From positions 1 to 57,168 of IMG/VR virus record IMGVR_UViG_3300026026_000119: a stretch of 57,168 nt of DNA; one strand, written 5' to 3'. The notes under the pieces were generated by a model. It was given only the letters and a program-made list of their open reading frames with translations. It did no database searches and had not been told where the DNA came from. A program made the position numbers and the translations under genes. Shown here piece by piece: positions 17,835-25,803 of this stretch. How positions within the stretch are numbered: the stretch's first letter is position 1; each line of letters begins with the position of its first letter. The stretch is from a virus. Taxonomy: Duplodnaviria > Caudoviricetes.

Positions 17835-20183
17835 TTAGCTCAGAATAACGGTCGGTCCTGGATCGAGAAACATCGAAGTAGCGGTATGCGCAAACCCTAA
17901 GCGCTTGAACGCGTCTGCCGCGTCGTTAGGAGCGGAGGCCAGAGCCACTGGTTTGCCCGTCCCCTCGGGGCCAAACAGGGCCGCTCCTGCGGTCCACGAA
18001 GCTCCCGAGTCGGTCACAAGCGCGCCAGGTAGCGCTACCTTGGCAAGCACCGTGCCGCCGGGGTTGCCGGTACCGCCCGTGACGAATATACCGATAAAGC
18101 GCGGGTTGGCCGATTCGTTGCCGTCCCAAAGAGTCACGCGTCCCGTGGTAGTAGACTGCGCGGCGCAATCGCCTGCCGCCACCGTAATGCCGTTTTCAAT
18201 CGGTAGCGCTTGGTACGGGCCGAGCACTTGCACATCGGCCAAGGCGTTGAGAGCACCGATGATAGAGGTAACTCCCTCGAACACCTCGCCGGCGGCCGTC
18301 TCCGAAAGAGTGCGGTCCGAACTCTGAGAGAGCGTAATGCCGCTATTGCCAACGTCGTCGAACACGAGCTCGGCGGCCGCAGCGTCAAAGCTCAGATTGC
18401 CCGAGGAGGTATTGAAGTGAGAGGCGCCTGCGGCGTCAATCGTAATGCCGCTTGCTCCCGCGTTGATATCGACAAGGGCGGCGTTTACCTCGACCTCGGT
18501 CGAACTCGCGTTACCAACGGTAATCGTTCGAGCCGCGGCCCCGGTACCGATATTGACGTTTTGCGCTACTGCATCGGCGCCGATGCTAATGGCGCCACCG
18601 CTGCTTTCGATACCAATAGTGCCCGTAGCATCGATTTCCACCGAGGCCGCGTCCGCGTTCAATACTCCTGCGGCGGTGACTACTACATTGCCCGAGCTGG
18701 TGGTCGAAAGCGTCAGGTCGGCGGCTGCGACGGTGAAGTGGGAGTTGCCCGCGGCGTCAATAGTGATTGCGGCCCCGGAGTTGATATCTACAACACCCGA
18801 GCCTGCGGTTGTAATCACCGCGTTCTGATTAGTGGTCGGGGTAACTTCCGCCTTACCAGAACCATCCACTAGGAGAACGGTGGTAGAGCCGTCTACCACT
18901 TTCAAAGCATTACCCGTACCGCCGTTTTCGATCGTGACCGCGTCGCCTACCACATTGGCGCCGGTAGAGACTTTGAGCGTCAAACCATCGGTCTTGGGGA
19001 TCGTCCAGGTGCCGGTGAACGCCTCCGCCACGCCGATCGCGTTCTGATACGTGATAGAGGTGGGCGTCGGCACTCCGGTAATGGTGAATGGCCCGTCGTT
19101 AGCGGGCGTAGTGGAGCCTGTGATAACTACCGTCTGACCGATCATGCCCGTCAGGAACGTCGCTCCCGAGTCCGTCAGGGTCATGCTTGGAGCCGTGCCG
19201 CTAAACGAGTCACCGGTACCGGTGGCTTGCGCGGGGGTTTTGCTTACTTCCAAGACCGTGGTGGTATCGCCCGACGTGTCGTTTGAGAAATCGATTATCC
19301 CTTGGCCAGCGGTCACGGCGATGGTATTGCCCGCTTCGTAGGAGCTTTGCAGCGTACCGGTAGCGCTGCTAATAGCTTGATCGAGTTCGTCAAGCGCGGT
19401 CATCAAGTCGGTCGAAGTGCTGCTTACATGAGTCAAGAGAGTGGCATCGATACCAATCGCGTACGCGCCCGCTTGCGTACCTGAAGCGTTGAGGCGATAC
19501 GCATCGGAGTTAGGCGAGTTGTCGTTGACCGCTTGCAGCCACAACGCTTGTAAGTAGTCGGTGACCGAGGAGCCGATTGAGACCTTGCCGACCCCGGCAA
19601 CGCTCCACGTACCGGTAAACGCTTCCGCTGCTCCCGAGCCGTTGGAATAGGTAACCGAAGTCGGCCCAGGAACGGTCAGGATTGTGAACGTCCCGTTATT
19701 GCCGCCCGTGGTCGCTCCCGCGATAGTGATGGATTTGCCAACGAAGCTCGCGTCGAATGCGCCTGACGAGTCGGTCAGCGTCATTGCGGGAGCTGTGCCC
19801 GAAAACGAATCGCCAACTCCCGTGGCCGTCTGTCCGACGATAAGGTCGGCCTTGAGAGTGACGACGTCTAAGACTCCGCCTCCGATATGGACGTCGTCCC
19901 CGTCGCCGCTACCGAGGTTCACGTCTCCGTTGGCGGTGAAAACTCCGGTAACCGTCTCGTCGGTAGAGACGGTTTCAGATCCATCAACGGTCAGGTCGCC
20001 CATGACCCGGACCATTTCGCCGAGTTTGCCGAGTTGCAGCTCGTCGCTCGCTCCGAGGTTGGCGCCGATGGTCATATCGGTGCCAGCGGTGCGCTGGCTG
20101 ATAACGTCTATGTCGAGCGAATCGCCAACCGCCAGTTGTGCTAAAAATCCAGTACTCGAATCAAGTTTTAGAGCTAATGCCAT
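17835..20183 (-). CDS. Large fibre/appendage protein with duplicated ~75-aa module
   Basis: G/A/T/S-rich; two copies of GDSFSGTAPxMTLTD...AEAFTGTW; AGGAG RBS. Confidence 0.75.
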   Translation of the reverse strand: MALALKLDSSTGFLAQLAVGDSLDIDVISQRTAGTDMTIGANLGASDELQLGKLGEMVRVMGDLTVDGSETVSTDETVTGVFTANGDVNLGSGDGDDVHIGGGVLDVVTLKADLIVGQTATGVGDSFSGTAPAMTLTDSSGAFDASFVGKSITIAGATTGGNNGTFTILTVPGPTSVTYSNGSGAAEAFTGTWSVAGVGKVSIGSSVTDYLQALWLQAVNDNSPNSDAYRLNASGTQAGAYAIGIDATLLTHVSSTSTDLMTALDELDQAISSATGTLQSSYEAGNTIAVTAGQGIIDFSNDTSGDTTTVLEVSKTPAQATGTGDSFSGTAPSMTLTDSGATFLTGMIGQTVVITGSTTPANDGPFTITGVPTPTSITYQNAIGVAEAFTGTWTIPKTDGLTLKVSTGANVVGDAVTIENGGTGNALKVVDGSTTVLLVDGSGKAEVTPTTNQNAVITTAGSGVVDINSGAAITIDAAGNSHFTVAAADLTLSTTSSGNVVVTAAGVLNADAASVEIDATGTIGIESSGGAISIGADAVAQNVNIGTGAAARTITVGNASSTEVEVNAALVDINAGASGITIDAAGASHFNTSSGNLSFDAAAAELVFDDVGNSGITLSQSSDRTLSETAAGEVFEGVTSIIGALNALADVQVLGPYQALPIENGITVAAGDCAAQSTTTGRVTLWDGNESANPRFIGIFVTGGTGNPGGTVLAKVALPGALVTDSGASWTAGAALFGPEGTGKPVALASAPNDAADAFKRLGFAHTATSMFLDPGPTVILS

Positions 20184-20195
20184 TGCCAGACTCCT

Positions 20196-20621
20196 TTATG
20201 GAACCGCGTCAAAAATCGCGTCCAAATCGATATCGTATTGATTCTCGGTGCCCGTTACATCGGCAAACATCTTGCCGCCCGTGCGCGCTACGCCGTTTCT
20301 GAGTGTATTGTTGGGGGCGATGAAGTTTTCGATCATGCGCTGCGCGGTCTCGTTTTCGCACTGCAAAACGTCATCGGGCGCCATGCTAATGACGGGACAC
20401 TTATTTTTGCCGTAAACCACTAGAGGGCCGGTAAGGTTAGTTTTGTCAAAAGCCACTCGAAACGAGAACTGTCCGTCTCGCATAAACGGCTCTGCCACCG
20501 CTTGGTTGAGCGCATACAGCTTTACATCGATGGTTGAGCCTTGCGTCTTGTCCGATATGGTGACTTTTCTCGGCTTGTTCTTTTTGGTTTTCTTAGGCTT
20601 TTTCGCCTTCATCGTGCCCAT
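20196..20621 (-). CDS. Hypothetical protein, Lys-rich N-terminus
   Basis: GGGAG RBS, operon context. Confidence 0.65.
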   Translation of the reverse strand: MGTMKAKKPKKTKKNKPRKVTISDKTQGSTIDVKLYALNQAVAEPFMRDGQFSFRVAFDKTNLTGPLVVYGKNKCPVISMAPDDVLQCENETAQRMIENFIAPNNTLRNGVARTGGKMFADVTGTENQYDIDLDAIFDAVP

Positions 20622-20634
20622 GGGTATACTCCCT

Positions 20635-21282
20635 TTATAAAGCTATCGGCTGTTCGGGGTCAAGAAGTAGCGCCGTATCGCTCAAAGCTTGTCCTACCTT
20701 TTGCATTACAAGACCGAGTGTAGTGGGAAGCGGTGGTTCGATTATACCGCCGTTTGTTCCTAAAAAGATATCCGCACCCGCAGTCAGGCCCGAGTATCCG
20801 TCGATTACGCCAAAGTAGGTAACGATTGCCGAGGTAGAGGTGGGTTTGGCGATAGCCGCGCCGATGATCGGCGCCCGACCCGGCACGGAGTTATCCGCCC
20901 GGTCGACTGCGTACGAGCCGCTGATGTAGACCATATCTCGAACGGCGACATCGACGGTAGCCGAATATAGTCCCACTAGGATCGGGTCCTCGCCCATCGC
21001 CCGGTGCCGCTCGGCGTGCTGCGCGAGGCTATAGGCGCCGATAATATCGAACCCTCCGAGGTACAGCCATCCGCCCGAGCCATCGGCGGCATACAGGCCC
21101 GGCACATCGCCCCCGATTTGCTCCACGACTCGGTTTCGGTCGGCACTGGTCTGCGCGATAGCAAGCCGAGCCGCTTCGTTGAGCACGGCGTTGAATCCCG
21201 CAATAGGATGAATCCCTCGGCCCTTGGGGTCGCTTGGGTACCTATCGGAAGCCTTAATGGCGCCGTGCTCTATTCTTCTCAA
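20635..21282 (-). CDS. Structural protein with cement/fibre-type C-terminal domain
   Basis: GLTAGADIFL...QKVGQALS pattern shared with neighbours. Confidence 0.6.
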   Translation of the reverse strand: MRRIEHGAIKASDRYPSDPKGRGIHPIAGFNAVLNEAARLAIAQTSADRNRVVEQIGGDVPGLYAADGSGGWLYLGGFDIIGAYSLAQHAERHRAMGEDPILVGLYSATVDVAVRDMVYISGSYAVDRADNSVPGRAPIIGAAIAKPTSTSAIVTYFGVIDGYSGLTAGADIFLGTNGGIIEPPLPTTLGLVMQKVGQALSDTALLLDPEQPIAL

Positions 21283-21794
21283 GGTCTCGATGCTCCTGCA
21301 ACTACTGGAACGTTCAGGGCCAGCACTAGGATTTGATCGGCGGTCACGTAAGAAGCTTCCGAGATATCGGTATCGTCAAACACCCCGACCGATGGCTCAA
21401 CGACAAACGCGCTTGTGCCAAGCACGCACTCGGCATCTCCGAGTGGTCCTATCCACCATATGTCGTACGCGTACCAGCCGGGAACAAAGCTGCGCATTCG
21501 GGTGCCGGGTATCAGGAAATCCACTCGGCCGATATCGAGCTCGGGGTCTGCTCCTATAACCACCTCGTTTCGGTATTCGGCTTCGTCATCGAGGTCCCAC
21601 GAGCGCCGGCGCACCGTCAGTACCATGCGCGACAGCTCGATATCGACCGGATCTCCGCCAGGACGGACTACTGCCATTCGCACGAGCATTCCCGAGCCCC
21701 AATATCCCCGAAGAGTTCGGCGGGGATTGATCGGTACCAGTGGCCCTCGTACCGAGCCGTCCTCGACAACGCCTACGACATACGCGATTGACAT
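21279..21794 (-). CDS. BppU-like/Ig-like baseplate accessory protein
   Basis: G.PVDI...LTVR...GRVDFLI...GWYAYDIW...F.VEP.V pattern. Confidence 0.5.
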   Translation of the reverse strand: MSIAYVVGVVEDGSVRGPLVPINPRRTLRGYWGSGMLVRMAVVRPGGDPVDIELSRMVLTVRRRSWDLDDEAEYRNEVVIGADPELDIGRVDFLIPGTRMRSFVPGWYAYDIWWIGPLGDAECVLGTSAFVVEPSVGVFDDTDISEASYVTADQILVLALNVPVVAGASRP

Positions 21795-21797
21795 CGT

Positions 21798-22646
21798 CTA
21801 ACTCCCTCCTCCGCCTCCGCCGATATAATACGCGTAGTTGGTAAAGAAGACGTACGCGTAATCGCCGCTCGGTTCGACTACATGGCCAACGCATCTGGTG
21901 TAAGTGCCAGGAGAAAGAGAAATATAACCCGAGTCATCGATGAAGATCGGGTCTCCGACGTTTGCCCCTGGCAGATAGACCGAAGTTGGCACCATTCCGA
22001 AAGTCAACACCCTGCATAGCGTGTCGGGCGATACGGAGAATCCTTCATACGTCGCATCTCCTGTTACAAGACCTATCGGCATCCACTCTATAGATTGATA
22101 AGAGCCTAACATCGGCAATACCGATACGATCAGCTCTTCTTCCGGCCAGCCTTCTTTCAGAAGCGAGGCACCAATAAACGTAACGGCTTGGTACGTTGTA
22201 CACTTATTAGCGTCGGCCCACATCGCGACCATCTTGCCCGGATTGGCCTTGAAGTCATTAAGTCTTTTGAGCAAAAAGTTGACCGCGTACTTCCACCCTC
22301 CGTTTTTTTCGGAATCTACTTCCGTCGTTTCGCCCGCAGCCGGCAGTCGAACTAGGTTATCTTTGACGTCGTAAATATATACCGCAGCGGTGGCGATAGA
22401 TTCGGTAGCAAGTCCCTCGTCTACGGTAAGACGGATAAGATAGGTTCCCTCGCAATCGGGAACGAAAGACGTTGAGGCCGCTGTCTCGTCATCGAGCTCT
22501 GCATCACTATAATCGGGAATATCGGCAAGCTCCCAAAGATATGTTTGCTCGTCTCCGTCGTCATCGTTGCTCAGGTCGACTTCATCGCCGATTTGCGCCT
22601 CATAAGCCCATGGGTCCCCGTTTATCAGTATACTTGCAGTAGCCAT
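21798..22646 (-). CDS. Structural protein with N-terminal PKD/Ig-like domain
   Basis: TYLWEL..P...SFVPD.EGTYLIRLTV. Confidence 0.65.
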   Translation of the reverse strand: MATASILINGDPWAYEAQIGDEVDLSNDDDGDEQTYLWELADIPDYSDAELDDETAASTSFVPDCEGTYLIRLTVDEGLATESIATAAVYIYDVKDNLVRLPAAGETTEVDSEKNGGWKYAVNFLLKRLNDFKANPGKMVAMWADANKCTTYQAVTFIGASLLKEGWPEEELIVSVLPMLGSYQSIEWMPIGLVTGDATYEGFSVSPDTLCRVLTFGMVPTSVYLPGANVGDPIFIDDSGYISLSPGTYTRCVGHVVEPSGDYAYVFFTNYAYYIGGGGGGS

Positions 22647-22655
22647 AACCGCCTC

Positions 22656-24218
22656 CTATAAAGACCAGCCGTTCACGTATAGGTTGACAACGTTTACTCC
22701 GGTCGACGATATCGAGCTCATAATGACGTTGAACGCGAGCGTCGCGTCGCTGGCCGTATCGTGGTTTAGAGCAATCTCGAACGGTCCTCGACTGAAATAG
22801 ACCGACCCCGATGGGTCGAGGTTCTCGCGATACATCCAGAGCGACGGTCCGGTGCATCCCTGACGATTGATGTACATGATGGTCAAGCCGCAGCCGATCA
22901 TGCCCTCAATAGAGACCATCACCGTCTTCGCGTTACTCGGGATTTTGCCCAACAGGTTTATCGTGTGTACTTGTTCCCCGCTCGGATTGGTATCGGTAAA
23001 CGAGAACTTGAGCGGATCGTAAGACGTGTATTCAGGCCGCTGTAATACGATATGTTTGCCGCCGCTTGTTTGCTGATAGTAAGCGTGCTTGTTCGGGTCA
23101 TCGAGCCAATAGCTCACTACGTGAACCGCTTTTTCCGCAGGCACCGATTCGAACTGAGCAAACAAACCCGTTGTCAGCCATGGCACCTCTAGGCTTGCGT
23201 GGTGGCCTCCGCGAATAGGCTGGATATTGGTAGCGACCGGGATACCTTTAGTAGTGTGATGCGCGTCGTTCTCGGTGGAGTTACTGTCTCGAATAACGAC
23301 CGGATACGCTTCGATCCCATTGGCTATTAGCGGCACTAGATACATGTGTTCAAGAGTGCTTACCGCGCGTGTATACCCTTGCATTATCTCTTCCTGAACG
23401 CCCGCGCCGCCGACAAAGCGCGCGAAAACGCGGTTGGAGCCGACACGCGCGTGAAAGTTCGATGAGTACCACGAGCCGCCTCCGCCTTTAGAAACAACGT
23501 AAAAATCATCAACCACAACATCGTTTCTATGCTGCGTGCCGTATGTGCCGACGATGTACGGACAAATGTCGCCTATCGCGTCTCGGATATCGTTTCTTAA
23601 ATCGTAAAACACGTTTGAAGAGGCGGCTCCGGTGCCGTGGAAGTGCCCGTCGGCATCGGTAAAAAACATCATAATCGGCGTCCACGGAGCTCCGGAGAAA
23701 GCGGGGAAATACGCTGCCGGCGGATACGTGCCGCCAGCTATAATCTGAAACTCTATTTGAGTCTCGATCTGCTTGGGTTTGGTGCCGGGAACAAACGCGC
23801 CGGTAGTGGGATTGAGTATATCGACGCTTGCGGAGGTAACGGTAACTTCCACCACGCGCGCTTCGAGCATGTAGCCCGTATAAGCTATTGCGGTATGATT
23901 TACGGTCAGCGCGTTGCGAAGGTATCCGATACGAGCGGGGTCCTCTAGCGTGGCTGGTACTGCGGGGTAGCTCAAGCTGTACTGGCACAAGATGCCCGGA
24001 TTGACGACAAGGCCAAGGCCATCGGCCGAAGGGACAACGTCAAGTCCGAGGGTATAGCTTTTGGACTCGGTATTGACTGTTGAGCCGATACCCGCGATAT
24101 AGCGAGTAGCGCCCAAAAAGCGCATAAACATCGCGAGCATTCGCGATTGCATCGCTTGCGCGTTGTTGATATCAGAAGAAAGAGGCCGCTCCCGAACACT
24201 TATATTTATTCTATCCAT
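22656..24218 (-). CDS. Baseplate-anchored fibre/receptor-binding protein, paralog 2
   Basis: Position after baseplate; homologous along its length to 24229-25776. Confidence 0.7.
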   Translation of the reverse strand: MDRINISVRERPLSSDINNAQAMQSRMLAMFMRFLGATRYIAGIGSTVNTESKSYTLGLDVVPSADGLGLVVNPGILCQYSLSYPAVPATLEDPARIGYLRNALTVNHTAIAYTGYMLEARVVEVTVTSASVDILNPTTGAFVPGTKPKQIETQIEFQIIAGGTYPPAAYFPAFSGAPWTPIMMFFTDADGHFHGTGAASSNVFYDLRNDIRDAIGDICPYIVGTYGTQHRNDVVVDDFYVVSKGGGGSWYSSNFHARVGSNRVFARFVGGAGVQEEIMQGYTRAVSTLEHMYLVPLIANGIEAYPVVIRDSNSTENDAHHTTKGIPVATNIQPIRGGHHASLEVPWLTTGLFAQFESVPAEKAVHVVSYWLDDPNKHAYYQQTSGGKHIVLQRPEYTSYDPLKFSFTDTNPSGEQVHTINLLGKIPSNAKTVMVSIEGMIGCGLTIMYINRQGCTGPSLWMYRENLDPSGSVYFSRGPFEIALNHDTASDATLAFNVIMSSISSTGVNVVNLYVNGWSL

Positions 24219-24228
24219 AACGCGCTCC

Positions 24229-25776
24229 TTAGTAGCTCCAACCTAAAATCTTCATCGTGATATCGATCGTGCCGGTTGCGGGCATTGTTACCGGGTGAAC
24301 GATAAGGTCGATTTGCTGATCGTCGCTGTTTTCGCTGTGAAACAGGCACGGTATTGTGTGCGGGCCGTATTCCATATAAGTTGAATCGTTTACCATTTGC
24401 ACGATGGTATCAGTGGCGGTTAGCCCGTGAGGCACTATTGCCATAACGGTGGCTCCGACGCCTACGTTTGTCACCGCGATATGCACCATGACCGCTCGGG
24501 CGTTGGCGGGTACAAGACCGCGCAGATCGGCGCTAAAGGTCGCCGCTGCACTCGGATCGGTCATGTTGAATAAAAAGGCTAGGTCGTCGGTAGTGACTGC
24601 GCGTTTTACCATGGTAAAGACGCCGCCTGCGCTTTGAGAAAATTTGCACGGCTGTAAAGTGGTCTTGAGCTTGTACGTGGTTACGTAAAGCGTTTTGTCG
24701 GAAGGGACCGGATCGAAGTTTTGCCACAACCCGGTTGCAAACGGTAGGTCGGCGGACGCGTGAGGCCCTCCCGAAATCGGCTGTATATCGGTGACCATCA
24801 AAATGCCCTTATGAGTAGCGTACGCGGTTAGGAGGTACTCCATATCGTAGTTGACGATGGGAAACACTTCGACACCGTTACTGACCGCAGCCACAAGGTA
24901 CAGGTGCTCCATTGCGTCGATGGCTGGCGTATAGGTATCGCTATTGACAACGGCCGCTCGTTTATTGCCGCCTGCGTTCCTGAACCACGCTCGATGAAAG
25001 CCAACTCGGCCGACGAAATTCGCATCGAAGTGATGCGAGTACGAGTTGGTGGCTACGTGTATTGAGTAGTTTTCTACGACCGCATCGTTTTTCGCCGGCG
25101 CGTAGGTCAACGTTTCTGGCCAAAGCGGTAAATCGCTGAGCATATCTCTTAGGTCGGGCCGGAAATCTATCACGGGGAAAACCGTAGTCGGTCCGTGATA
25201 CTCGCCAGACGAATCGGTATGAAACGCCATGATCGGTACCCAATCGCCCCCGGTAAAAGCGGGGATAGCGTTGACGGTACCGCCTCCGAACGAATCAAGC
25301 TCTTGGAACTCGATTTCGGTTATCGTCTGTTTGGGCTTGACGGTGGGCACAAAGTTTCCCGTAGCCGGGTCTAGGATATCTACTGTAATACTCGAAACAA
25401 TGGTTTCTATTACCCGCGCTTCGATAACGTGCCAGCTACTTGCCGTTGAGTTGTGCGCTATTTCAAGCATCTCTCTGAGGTACCCTACCCGCATAGCGTC
25501 TTCGAGCGCACCGGGAGCGGCGGGAAACGTTTCGCTGTACTGACACAACACTCCAGGATTGATATGCAGTAAATACCCTGTGGAATCGGGCACAATATCG
25601 AGTCCGAGGCAAAAGCTTTGCGGTACGGTGTTGACGGTATGATTGTTGCCCGAGATAAGCCGTTTGGCTCCTAGTAGCCGCAAGAAACTCGCAAGCATTC
25701 GCGATTGCATCGCTTGAAGGTTGTTGATGTCGGTCGAGGTCGCCTTCTCAAGCGTGTTGATTGTTACTCTATCCAT
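24229..25776 (-). CDS. Baseplate-anchored fibre/receptor-binding protein, paralog 1
   Basis: MDR..I...DINNxQAMQSRML N-terminus shared with paralog 2. Confidence 0.7.
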   Translation of the reverse strand: MDRVTINTLEKATSTDINNLQAMQSRMLASFLRLLGAKRLISGNNHTVNTVPQSFCLGLDIVPDSTGYLLHINPGVLCQYSETFPAAPGALEDAMRVGYLREMLEIAHNSTASSWHVIEARVIETIVSSITVDILDPATGNFVPTVKPKQTITEIEFQELDSFGGGTVNAIPAFTGGDWVPIMAFHTDSSGEYHGPTTVFPVIDFRPDLRDMLSDLPLWPETLTYAPAKNDAVVENYSIHVATNSYSHHFDANFVGRVGFHRAWFRNAGGNKRAAVVNSDTYTPAIDAMEHLYLVAAVSNGVEVFPIVNYDMEYLLTAYATHKGILMVTDIQPISGGPHASADLPFATGLWQNFDPVPSDKTLYVTTYKLKTTLQPCKFSQSAGGVFTMVKRAVTTDDLAFLFNMTDPSAAATFSADLRGLVPANARAVMVHIAVTNVGVGATVMAIVPHGLTATDTIVQMVNDSTYMEYGPHTIPCLFHSENSDDQQIDLIVHPVTMPATGTIDITMKILGWSY

Positions 25777-25803
25777 ATTGCATATCTCCGCCGTTTGATA
25801 ATC

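Noticed and set aside
11296-25776. Diversity-generating retroelement or invertible fibre cassette
   Set aside because: No reverse transcriptase or invertase, no adenine-specific TR/VR pair and no inverted fibre segments seen by eye. A dot plot would be needed to exclude this fully.
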